Source: Octopus sinensis (Eukaryota). Taken from it: DNA of 64,000 nt. Below the pieces are notes generated by a model, which was given only the letters and a program-made list of their open reading frames with translations, had not been told where the DNA came from and ran no database searches. The position numbers were made by a program, and so were the translations under genes. The stretch spans positions 47,678,001 through 47,742,000 of the forward strand of contig NC_043007.1 in assembly GCF_006345805.1 (NCBI RefSeq). The letters run 5' to 3'. Positions 36,471 through 48,822 of this stretch are shown in pieces. Every line of letters starts with the position of its first letter. The stretch's first letter is position 1.

Positions 36471-37569
36471 TTAATAAGGGATTAAGAAAGTGATGTAGAG
36501 TGGGGGTGACAAAAGGATGAAAGACTTCAAAAGACTTGAATAGATTTGGAACACTGATTGATGATTTCAAGTTGCTGGAATGATTGTAATAAAGACTGAG
36601 GCTAGAAATAGAGGATAAAGAGCATCAATGAGCTTTTGATGAAGTGCAAATCTTTGGCCAGTTTGGGATGATGCTCAGACTCTTTGAGTCTATAAATGGC
36701 CAGCAACTGCTCAGAGATAAAACAGTATATTGCTTCTGCCAACTCACTGTAACAGAATTAGAGGGAAGTCATTGAGTTTTGACAAATAAGTAAAAGCAAT
36801 TTACTGTTTAACTAACTTGAACAAACAATCGATAAGTTAATCGGATATTAAACCAATTAACTAATGATAAAGGAGTGGAATTGAACACGTGTGTGTGTGT
36901 GTTAATAATATTGGCATCGTGACTCTCCCTGACACAACAAAGTTTGTTTCAACACATGAATTCAAATAAAGAACCTTGCAAACCAGATACAATAATGAAA
37001 TATTGTTTAATTACGTGGAAATGCTATGTTAGAAATGCAATATTTTAGGTACTTTATTTGTTACAGTGATGCCTACACCCGACACACTATGACTGCCTCT
37101 CCTTCTTCCTCCCCTGGCTCCTACAGACTACCCAACCATGTCATATTTTCCTTTTGTCCCCCACTCCTGATGACTGCATTGGCCAGCTGCTTGCCCCTAC
37201 CCACACTTCTGGATCCCTGTTTCTTTCCCAGCTCATGGTTCTTGTATCATTCACCCTTCAACCCTACCCATTTTAGCAGTTTGCTTTCACCATCCCTTCA
37301 TTCTCTTTCCCATATAATCTTGCAAACCACCATCCACTCACTTCTACTCAGCTTGTGCCTTGTGGGACTACCTAGATACCTTAATACCATTATCTACCTC
37401 TTGCAACTCCTATAGATCATTTTCTTCCCCCACCTCCACTTTTCCCTACTAGATATGAGTAGCCATGCAGATCCTTCTACACGAACCTGCTCTTCCTCCA
37501 TCTCTCATAGTAATCCCCTTGTCCCCTAACATGAAGCTGAACCCCACACTTCATCTCCCACAGAGTTTA

Positions 37570-37970
37570 TACCCTTTTACTCTTTACTCTTTTACTTGTT
37601 TCAATCATTTGGCTGTGGCCATACTGGAGCACCACCTTTAGTCGAGCAAATCGACCCCAGAACTTATTTTTTTGTAAGCCTAGTACTTATTCTATCAGTC
37701 TCTTTTTGCCAAACTGCTAAGTTACGGGGACATAAACCCACCACCATCGGTTAGCAAGCGATGTTGGGGGGACAAACACAAACACATATATATACATAAA
37801 TACGACAGGCTTCTTTCAGGTTCCGTCTACCAAATCCACTCACAAGGCTTTGGTCAGCCTGAGGCTATAGAAAGAAGACACTTGCCCAAGGTTCCATGCA
37901 GTGGGAATGAACCTGGAACTATGTGGTTGGTTAAGCAAGCTACTTAACACATAGCCACTCCTACGCCTAT
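37570..37970 (-). mobile_element. Family A SINE
   Basis: Reverse complement of the family A consensus including (CTCTTTTA)n tail. Confidence 0.9.
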
Positions 37971-39577
37971 AGTTCATTAAACTGCATGATCTCAATAATG
38001 CAGTTGGTACAAAAAATACCCAATCCATGCTGTAGAGTGGTTGGCATTAGGAAGGGCATCCAGCCATGAAAACCATGCCAAAGTATACACTGGAATTCAA
38101 TGCAGTTCTTGCACACTTTGGATCCTGTCAAACCAAGCAGTTCATACCAGCATGGAACATGAATGTTAAATGATGGTGATGATGATGATGACGATGACGA
38201 TTAATTATGTGAAGGTATGTAGCCTAGTGGTAAGGGTGTTAGGATCATAATTATATTGTCATGGGTTCAATTCCAGAACTGAGCAGTACATTGAGTCCTT
38301 AAGTAAGGCACTTCATTTCACATTGTTCCACTATATTCAACTGAAAATGAGTACCAACCAAGTACTAATGCAGCTTTCTCTTCTTCCATCTGTCACACTC
38401 TGGATGAACTGATGGATCAATGGATGGGACAAATCAAGAGGTTGTTTATGTCTGCTAGCAACTGCATAGGCTCCTAAGACAATTAGAGAATGCATGATAT
38501 ATATTAGCCTTGCCATACTTATTCGTGGTGACATTACAAAGCCACCTTTTTTTGTTGAGGAGCAGTTTAGTCATTTCAACCAAGTCTAGTGTATGACTGA
38601 TATTTATTTTACGAACCCAAGAACAATGAATATCAAAACATTAACTGCAACAGGATTTGAACTTTGAACATGAAAAATCAAAACTACATATCTTTTGAAT
38701 TAATTTTGCATTTTTTTTTCCTGCTACTTTCATGGATTTCCATGTCTCTGCTGTCTTCTAATTCCATTGTTATGAATTTAAATTGGGAGCTTGATTCATA
38801 GTGAATCTTTCATTAGCTGTTAACACATTCATAGATGCCACCACTATGGATGTATTGCAGTTACTCTCTTGATAGAGCTTGCTGATCCTGATTGTTGATC
38901 TTCTAGGCTTCCTCCATTCAGTATCAATATAAGAAGCACCATTGTCTCAGTTGAGCTCTTCCACTACCTCTTCACAATGCACCATGCTGCAGTTCCAAGA
39001 CTTCACCTTATCCCTGACAAGGTAGCTGAATGGGTGCTATGCCTTGCCAAAGAGCACACATAACTGAATTAATTAATTAATAAGTGGAAAATACCAATTA
39101 ACATAAAATATTTAAGAGGAATGCATTTTCTGTTGGAATTTATGAGGAAAATACAGAATTTTTTTTTTAGCAAAATTAGTTATAGATATGTGGAAGATGT
39201 AATGTATTTATTTGTTATTTAATAACTGTTCTATGCTTACACTAATGAGCCAAGATATATTAGAAAAAGACAGAAGAAAATCATCATTATTCCTCATAAA
39301 TATATGCGTCATCATCATCAACATCATTATTTAAGATTTGTCTTCTATGTTAGCATTGGTGCACAATGCCGTCTTCAAAGTCCTCACATCCTGTCAAGTC
39401 AACCAACCCAAACCAGCACAAAAAATGGACGTTAGATGATGATGAATTTTTAAAGACTCGCTGTCATTGTAAAGTAGTGAAGAAGCATATGAGTAACTTG
39501 TCCTAATAATTAGAATCCATTCCATCTTTACCAAAATAGAAATAGTAAAATGAAAACAAGAATCATAGCAAGAAGCA

Positions 39578-39619
<42 letters not shown>

Positions 39620-41705
39620 ATTAAAGTTCTACAATGAAGTTTTCGTGGTTCTTCTGTAAAAGTATTTTATGTTTCATGTGTTATTATATATGTTAATGAA
39701 ACACTATGTTAACGAGATGATCATCTCATATGATGAAATTGATAAAAACATAACAATTGAATCTTGTCCAGTATGATTCACATGTGACACAGTGGGATAT
39801 GAAATTGGTGAGAAAGCAAGAGAGAGAGAGAGAGGAAAGAGAGAGAAGAGAGAGAGACACACACACACACAGGCAGGCAGGCAGACATCCAAAGAGGCAA
39901 GCCAAAATTAGATGAGAACTGTTGCTGTTACTGGGAACTCATTTCTGCATGAGAAAATAATTAACTTAATGAAGTCATTTGGAGAGACAAAGCAGAAAGT
40001 TAACGGAATAAAATGAAAACATGATTTGGATTTGATGAGGATGTGACCAGGAAACAGAAACTTACGAAATTATTAATGTTATTAATCTAGTTTTAATTAA
40101 TGTTGGTGGGAAAATGTTTAATGGTGATTTTTTTAAGAGAACATCTCAACCATGTCAGATACAAGCCAATATTAATGATAAAGTTTAAGGTAGCAAGCTG
40201 GCAGAGTTGTTAGCATGCCAGGTGAAATGCTTAGCAACATTTTGTTTGTTTTCAAATCCTGAGTTTAAATTCCACCGATGTCAACTCTGCCTGTCATATT
40301 TTCAGGGTTGTTAAAATAAGTACCAGTTGAGCACTGGGGTTGATCTAATTGACTTACTCCTCCCCTGAAATTGCTGGCCTTGTGCCAAAATTTGAAACCT
40401 GTATTACTGATATGGTTATCATCATCACCAGCAGTAGCAGCCGTTCAAGAATTTGGACCTGGAGATCTCCATTTCCAGCGACTTCGAGGGCCACCTCCCA
40501 GTAGTGTCGGGCATCAACGAAGAGCCCTCGACTACAACAAGATGACCAAAGTTTTTTTTTTTCCAATGTCTGGGGTCTCCCGCCCCTAAACCCTAGACCA
40601 TCACCTAATCACCCTTACCTGTCTTGTTGCTTAACAACAACAACAACAATCAGCAGCAGCACTGTCATCATCACCACCATCATCATCTTCTTCACTATCA
40701 TCATTTTAAATACATTCCCCATAATGGTTTACTTTGGACAGTTTTGATAGTATTCAAAAAATCAGAGGATCAGTATCTCATTATGGCTATGGTTGGATGC
40801 CCTTACTAGCCACTGTACAGGGTGCATTTTTTATGACACCAACACCATAGAGTTTGCCTTGTTATCAGCAAGACCAAAGAGCCCTCTCATGCAGTTTGTT
40901 GTCACTGCTCAAATCCATTACCACTCACTTACAGAGTGTATTGGGTACATTATGCAGCACCAGCACTGTTTAGGGTGCCTTGTAACTTGCAAAGTGAAAG
41001 AGAGATCTCATGATGTATGAAACAGATTTAATGTTATAAGAGGATGGTAGTGGAAGGGGAAACAGAGGGAACCATTGTTGGGGTAGGAGTAATGGAGATA
41101 GGGAAGAGGGGGAGGAGAAGAGTGAGAAGGAGAGACAAGCACGTAGTAATGGTAATATGGAGCATTGGATTGATAGACCCAGTGATGGGGTGGATCATCC
41201 TGTTGGACAGGTTGTCTGAGTCCAAGATAATTCTTATTGGAGTAAAGCAGGTTTATTGTTGAGAAAAAGAGGTAGGAGAAAAATGAACAGAGATAGTGTT
41301 AGGGAAGAGGATAATAGGAGAGAAAGGGAAAAGTAGTGTCAGAGAATTAATGGTAAGGGTGGTGGGAAAGGTTGAATGGGAAGAGACACAGTGGTACTTC
41401 ACTGTGGTGCTTGGAAAAGAGATTAAATGATGAGGAGGATTCAGGGTGATTCCTCAAACTCATACATCCAACAGAAGTATGATGACAGTAGAATAAGGAT
41501 GAGTGGGTAAAGGTTGCCAGAGTGCAATCTCTCCCTCCTCAAGCATCTTGACTCATAAGGAAAGAGGAAGGAGTATCCAGTGGCCTGGGAACAAAATTTG
41601 CTTAGTAAGTGAAAACCAGTGTCCAAATTTTTTTACATAAAATGTGATTTTTTTTCAATGTCAACATTAAAACAAATGCAGGTATAAAAATAGTTTTTAT
41701 TATTA

Positions 41706-42205
41706 TGAGGGTTGGCTGGAATGTTCATAGGCTGAGCAAGACACTCTCATGGAATGTGACCAAATGAAGTTCATTTCTTAACATAGTTCCTCTTACTTTC
41801 AACACACTTCCATAAGTAGTTGCAGTATTTGGATTGCACTGGTGAAGGAGCTATCTTGTTGGTCAAAATAGTCATCAACAGCACATAAGACATCATCATC
41901 ACAGTGATACTGGTGCCCAGCTGAGTGATTTTTCATGTTGGGAAACAGATGATAACCAGATGGAACCAAATCACTAACATAGGAAGGGTGATCAGCCAGT
42001 TCAAAACCAGTCGCACACAGCAGCCATTGAAACCAAGGACTTGTGTACTGAAGCATTGTCCTAATGAAACAAGATCCCATTCATCACTTTTTCTGGGCAC
42101 TTGGTCATGATAGCTTTTTGTAACTGCTTTTGCAAGTTGGCATTGAACTTTCCATTGATGTTATTATCATTTTGAAGATAGTCAATAAACACAATATTTT
42201 TTGCA
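41706..42205 (-). mobile_element. Mariner transposase C-terminal remnant with one TIR
   Basis: IVFIDYLQ..INGKFNANL..GILFH and GFELADHPSYVSDLVPSGYHLFPNMK (degenerate YSPDLAPSD); TA|TGAGGG end at 41704-41711. Confidence 0.9.
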
Positions 42206-42777
42206 TGGATGTATAGTATCTGTAATAATGTGAAGTATATTTTGTATATTAAAATGTTTAATTTCGGAAATTTATCAAGTGAAGCAAACATAAGCAGTAA
42301 AAATACAAATTACAAATTATAGTACATGACGAAAACTAACAAAAAAGAAAGAAAATAGTGGTGCTTGGTTCCAAAGGTATGATGAGAGGGCTCAGAAGAA
42401 GGATAGGAAAATGGGATAGAAAGGAAGAAAGAAAGAAAAGAATGAAAACTGAAAAGATAAACTGAGGGTCTGAAATGAATGCTAGTCAGAAGATGAAAAA
42501 AAAATGTCTTACCTACACACTGGTCAAGTAGAAAAAAGATGAGTGATAAAAAATTGGATGGTCTTTTGGTACCAAAAAGTGAAGAAAGTGAGAAAGAGAG
42601 GGTTGGGGAAGAGCAAGTAATAAGAAAGAGAGAGTGCAGAGAAAAAGGGAATAAAGATAGACAGTACATAATTGACAGAGGAAGAAATGGAAGGTAGTAA
42701 AGAGAGAAAGGCAGCAGATAGAAATAGATGGGGAAGGTTTTGTGCACAAGAGGAGATAGGAAAAGGATAGAGAAATG

Positions 42778-44280
42778 GATTTCGATTTTGATTTCACTTG
42801 CCTCAACAGGTCTTCACAAGCAGAGTTTAGTATCCAATGAAGGAAAGGTACGCATAAGAGGACTGGTTACACCCTTGGCATAGGCCACGAGGTTATGGTC
42901 TCACTTGGCTTGCCGGATCATCTCAAGCACAGCATATTTCCAAAAGTCTCGGTCACTAGTCATTGCCTCAGTGGGGGCTAATACTCAAAGGTCGTGCTTC
43001 ACCACTTCATCCTAGGTCTACCTCTTCCACAGGTTCCCTCAACCGTTAGGGTGTGGCACTTTTTCACACAGCTTTCCTCATCCATTCTCGCCACATGACC
43101 ATACCAGCGCAGTCCTCTCTCTTGCACACCACATCTGATGCTTCTTAGGTCCAACTTTTCTCTCAAGGTACTTTTATGCTCTATCGAGTATGCACACTGA
43201 CATTACACATCCATTGGATCATACTGGCTTCATTCCTTGCGAGCTTACGCATGTCCTCAGCAGTCACAGCCCATGTTTCACTGCCATGTAGCATGGCTGT
43301 TCGTATACATGTCATACAGTCAACCTTTTACTCTGAGCAAGAGGCCCTTTGTCACCAGCAGAGGTAAGAGCTCTCTGAATTTTGCCCAGGCTATTCTTAT
43401 TCTAGCAGCTACACTTTCAGCCCACCCTCCCTCACTACTGATTTGGTCACCTAGATAATGAAAGCTATCAAATACTTCTAGTTTTTCTCCCTGGAATGTG
43501 ACGGAAGTTGTTCTCTGCACATATTCAGTGTTTATTGCTCGTGAGCATCTGCCACATACAAAAACTATCTTCCCAGTTAGCCTTCCTTTGATATTGTAGC
43601 ACCTCTTATGTGTCCATAGCTTACACTGGGTACATCTTATAGAGTTTCAACCTATGCCCTTTCTACAGATTGAGCAGGGCCATCTACCTGAAAGGATTAG
43701 TGGTTTGCCTGCTTTCCTACATATTAGGACTTTGGTTTTAGCTAGGTTGACTCTGAGGCCTTTCGATTCTAATCCTTGCTTGCACACCTGAAACTTCTCC
43801 AATTCTGATAGTGACTCAGCAATTAGAGCAAGGTCATTAGCATAGAGGAGCTCCCAGGGGCATCTTGTCTTGAATTCCTCTGTTATTGCCAGGAGGACTG
43901 TGATAAATAGGAGAGGGTTAAGGACTGAACCTTGGTGGGCCCCTACCTACCCAAAATTCTTCACTGTACTCGTTGCCAACCCTCACCTTACTGACAGCAT
44001 CCCTGTACATGGCTTGCACAGCTCTCACTAACCATTCATCTATCCTTAGTTTCCTCATTGACCACCAGATAATGGATCGGGGATCCTGTCAAAGGCTTTC
44101 TCCATGTCAACAAAAGCCAGGTACAGAGGTTTATCTTTAGCTAGGTATTTCTCCTGCAGCTGTCTTACCAGAAATATAGCATCAGTGGTGCTTTTCCCTG
44201 GTACGAACCCAAACTGCATCTCATCTAAACTGATTCTCTCCCTAATTAGTTGGGCTATGACCCTCTCCATGACCTTGATA
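42778..44280 (-). mobile_element. RTE-clade LINE, 5'-truncated, RT to 3' end
   Basis: QFGFVPGKSTTDAIFLVRQLQEKY..LYLAFVDMEKAFDRIP; FHYLGDQIS; IRIAWAKFRELLPLL; 3' (AAATC)n-like tail. Confidence 0.92.
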
Positions 44281-44375
44281 TTACAAATACATCTATAAGC
44301 TGAACAGTAAAACTATGCAAGGCTTTTCTCAGGTTTAAAATGTGACATTGTTTTCATTATGTACATTCCAACAAT

Positions 44376-44427
44376 GAAGGAGCTGGTTTCTAATGAAGAT
44401 ACAATATCATTAGAAACCAGCTCCTTC
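44376..44427. other. Perfect 21-bp inverted repeat with 10-nt loop
   Basis: GAAGGAGCTGGTTTCTAATGA-agatacaata-TCATTAGAAACCAGCTCCTTC. Confidence 0.95.
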
Positions 44428-46075
44428 TTCATAGGAAGACTTTAAATAATTAAGAAAAGAAAAGAACACACGCACACTGGGTTTGGCAGAAGAGCAGTAC
44501 CTGTGGCCCTTGCAGACACTCCTAAATCAGAATGCCAGAGTGAGTGTGACAGAGGTTAATGTATATCTGTGACTTAAAACCATTCAGTTGTGTAGTCCTG
44601 AATGCATTCAATGATACCACTATGTGCAGCATAAAGGGTTTTACCTGAGTCTTGTGGAATATACCTTGCACGATTGACTGTGTTTAAGTTTACAGTTCTA
44701 TCACATGATTTTGGACTCAGTCCCACAGCATGGCACCAAAGTCTTGTGCATGGATTTGGTAGGTGCAAACTGAAAGCCCATAGTATGTGTGTGTGTGTAT
44801 GTATGCATAAGTGTGCATGAGTTCCTGTTTACATCACTTTGTCTTGACATCACAGAATATTTATAAATGAATGCCAATCATAAAAGCAGTCCAATTCATT
44901 TCCAATATTCTGCAAAAACATATCCTTTGATGAGGATATATTATCTTGTTTGGAAACAAGTGAGGTTTGATGACAGGAAGGGCAACCTGCTGTAAAAAAT
45001 TTGCCACAGTAAATTCATCCAACCCATTCAAGCGGAGAATAATCCTCCGACTTTCTTTACTTGCTTAACTTTCTATAAAGTGCATATTTTTGCAGGCAGA
45101 CATTTTCAGTTACGTGCATTATGATTATTTTGACAGGATTACATTAAAATTGCATTTTCTTTAAAGTGATGTTATGTTGCCAACTTAATGTGGCAGTCCC
45201 ATGAAAGGGAAGAATGCTACTGCTATTTAGCCCTAGGAAACCCCCGTTTCCAGTTGCCCCCAACACATTTTGTGTCCTTATGATTTCAAAGGGGAGATAA
45301 GCACCTCCACCCAGCAGTCAGAGACTAGTTTCAGAGTCATTGCTCATCACTTAAAGTAAAATCAGTGAATGTATTTCACTTGAAATCTATGTTTTCAAGG
45401 GTGAATAAGCATTTAACATCTAGCAAGCCATGCTACTCCAGAGGGGTGGAGAAGGGGAAAATTAAAATTTTGAAAATGTGTTTTGGGGGTTTTCAAAATC
45501 TTCCATTTTTATGTATGTTCCAGCTGGAAAGTCCGACAAAATTCAAACCAAAGATCCACTTTCTTAATACAAATTACTAAAAAAGAAAAAAAAAATTTAA
45601 ATGTTATTTTATTGTGTTTGCAAAAAAACTAATTTTACATACCTCTCTTAATTCCAAAAGACCCTCAACCACATGTTCACTTTGTCACAGATGTGCTGGC
45701 AGAGTGGAGGGGTGTTTATTTATTTATCTATTTATTTTTGAAAATTTGAAATTTTACATTTTTCTTTCAGAATCATAATCTCCGTATTTTTCTACGTATT
45801 TCGCCAAAAACAATTTCTTAAAAAAAGTGAAAAATTGGGGAGTGGGGTGGGGTAGGGGGAGTTAAAATTTTGAAATACTGACTTCTTTTATTTTTTTGCA
45901 GATTCAGAATCTCCGCAGTCGAAAAAGTAGGTTTCTGTAGAACCCCCATCTCCCCCAAAATGACCTAAAAGGGGTGCGGTCCATGTCCTTTACTTCCACC
46001 TTTCGATTCTTTACATTATATAATACTGATGTTTCAAATATATAAATCTGAAAAACAAAGTGAAAAATTATTTAT

Positions 46076-46166
46076 ATTATTTACATTCGACGGATATTTG
46101 TCCTCATCTTGTTTATTGTTTACACAACAAACAAGATGAATACAATATCCGTCGAATGTAAATAAT
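46076..46166. other. About 90-nt hairpin with 38-39-bp arms
   Basis: ATTATTTACATTCGACGGATATTTGTCCTCATCTTGTTT / AAACAAGATGAATACAATATCCGTCGAATGTAAATAAT; 2 mismatches and 1 gap. Confidence 0.9.
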
Positions 46167-46431
46167 GTACATAAATTCCTCATCCCTTAAATATAGAACT
46201 GTAAAGTGATAAATGTTAAAACTTTACGATAGTTGACGTTCACAAAGTCGGGTCTGATATGAAAGGGGGAAAAGAATGAATTGAAACTCCTCCAAAGATT
46301 ATTTTTCTAAGTTTTATTCACATGATTGTACACTATCGAAGGCTGCAAGATGTTTAAAAGTTTGTTTTTCAGAGTTATAAAGGAACGACAAATAAAATAT
46401 ATAAAACAGTCAAAGAGACAGCTACACGAAA

Positions 46432-47123
46432 GGGTAAATATAAAGATGTTCACCCATGAACTAAAAAAAACAAAAACAAACCAGCCTGCTGGGTGTTAAC
46501 AAGTAGGTAGAAGACGAATATGAAAAAAAAATTGCGCTAACGGCGGGGGGGCTTTCGGAAAATTCATAAGATCCGATTTTACTTTGAAAGAAATCTTTGC
46601 AGAAAGGTGAGTAGATTGATTACATTGCAATCGCAGTTATGTGACATTTGGCTGTTATTTCTAGCATGTGGTTAGCCTGCTTGAAGGCCTGGTGGTATAT
46701 ATATATATTTATATATTGCTGAAAATTGAAATTTTACTAACAAATTTGTTTCAGAATCGTAATCTTCGTATTTTTGTAAGTATTTCGAAAAAAAAAATCG
46801 GAAAAAGTGAAAAATGAAGTGTGAAAGGAGGGAAATGAAATTTTGAAAATGCGAGTTTTGAATTTTTTCTTTTTTTCAGAATCGGATCCTCCATAACTAA
46901 AAACGTGGGATTTCGTAAAAAAATCAATATATATCCATTTTAGCGAAAGTTATGACGGAAAAATCGGATCTTGTGAACTTTCCGAAAGCCCCCCTCCCCC
47001 ACGCACACACACACACCCAGGGTCGTTAGCGCAATTTTTTTTTCATATTCGTTTTCTACATACTTGTTAACACCCAGCAGATTGGGGTTTTTTTTCAGGG
47101 GGTGAAGATCTTTATATTGACCC
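46432..47123. mobile_element. Non-autonomous element with about 150-bp TIRs, GGGT...ACCC termini
   Basis: 46432-46580 is the reverse complement of 46959-47123 (CTGCTGGGTGTTAACAAGTA, TTGCGCTAACG, GCTTTCGGAAA, AAGATCCGATTTT); no clear TSD. Confidence 0.75.
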
Positions 47124-47499
47124 ACAAAAGCCGGTCAAATATGTGTGCGTGTTTAATACACGTATTATATATATATGTGTGTGCGTATATAATACACGTA
47201 TTTTATATATATATGTGTGTGTGTGTGCGTATATATATATTTATATATGTCTGTGTGTAGGTTACATATATATACAGTTGTTAGTTGAGAATGGTTTTAC
47301 TAGAAGCAGATGAATTTACAAATAATAGCGTATAAATATTGAGTTAAAAACACTTTGGACAGAAAACCTCAGAGGTTGTATGTATGCTTATAGTGACAAA
47401 GAAGGGAAAAGAGAAACGAATGACTGAAAGTCAATCAGTGACTAATAAACACATTGGAGAAGACACGCGAGATCACCGACATTTGTAAACAATTATGAG

Positions 47500-47585
47500 A
47501 CGGAAATGAGATATCGCATGCGCTGGCGCACGCGTACTGGCCCTCACACTTTGTCTCTTTACTCCTTCTTTGTCACCGGAAGTTG
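47500..47585 (+). promoter_or_regulatory. Putative MEMO1 core promoter: two NRF1-like and two ETS-like sites
   Basis: CGCATGCGC 47515-47523, GCGCACGCG 47526-47534, CGGAAAT 47501-47507, CCGGAAGT 47576-47583 in a CpG-rich patch about 550 bp upstream of the ATG. Confidence 0.55.
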
Positions 47586-48132
47586 AACTATCATTACTGA
47601 AACGGTGACGACAACGACGTTCCCCTCTTTATTTTTTATTTCAGTCTAGTTTTGTTATATTTTACATGGAACGTCGTCTACGTCGTGTCGGCTCAATGTT
47701 GTGATATTACATCTATTTTCTTCGAAGTTCAACATTCACTCACAGTCAAACTCGCACTTAAAGATATTTTAATAATATATCAATGGTCTTTGGTTGTTTA
47801 AATCTCTTCGGGGGTTTTACAAATCTAGAAAAATAGATATTTACATTCACCGTTATTCCTACTACACTAGTTGTAGCTGTCAACAGGCTTACCTTGATGA
47901 CACTACTTCTGCTGCCCACCCGGCGGCTCTCACTCACATAAACGGTACCACTAGCAGCACCACCACCAGCAGAACCGTTCCCACTGTCGCAACTGTTGCC
48001 TTCTTCCAACCGATCCACACGGCACTGTCGTTCCTCAGTCACAATAATTCCCAAACCCTGCTGCTGTCCATCCTTTTGCTAGTGGTACCGCTACTTTTAC
48101 TGCTGCTACTCTCTTCACGCCTCTTTCAGAAT

Positions 48133-48184
48133 ATGTCCAAGAAGCGGGTAGCCACCCATGCTGGAAGCTGGTATTCTTTGGATG
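48133..48184 (+). CDS. MEMO1: MEMO1 coding exon 1 (MSKKRVATHAGSWYSLD)
   Basis: HAGSWY is the conserved N-terminal motif of the Memo/AmmeMemoRadiSam family (human REASHAGSWY); donor GATG|GTAAGT, phase 1. Confidence 0.93.
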
Positions 48185-48215
48185 GTAAGTAAAAGTAACA
48201 CACACACACATATAT

Positions 48216-48247
<32 letters not shown>

Positions 48248-48770
48248 CCCACAACTCTTGATCGCTGTAGACTTTTATGTAGTGCTTATATATGTGTGTA
48301 TGTATAGTTATATCTGTGTGTGTGTGTATTCTTTGGCTGACGTTTGAAAACGCGAAGCTTTAGTAAGTGAGATTTTGTTGTAATCGAAGTCTATACTCTG
48401 TGACTATGTATTGAATCCTGCTCACTCAATTTTATATTCCAGCGTGTCATATATAAGAGGCCGCTTAAGTGGTGTTTTGTGTAGCAGAAAGTATGTTACA
48501 GTAGAAAGGGGGCTCTTTAACATATATATAGGTGTGTGTGTACACATATATACACACATACACGTTAATATGTATATCTGTAAATAATATAACCATAAAT
48601 CCATTGTTTGAAAAGTTGTGTAGACTAGTCAATTTAACAGATTGATAGATTACAAGATGAAAAGAAGATAATCGTAGTTTTTCTAAGATCATTCTGTGAA
48701 GAAATTATGATGTGACTAACGCAGTAGAAACATATATGCATATGTGTGTGTGTATGTATGTATGTGTATT

Positions 48771-48822
<52 letters not shown>

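Noticed and set aside
41040-41630. Purine-rich stretch with faint PLE N-terminal similarity on the minus strand
   Set aside because: Too degraded to classify by eye.
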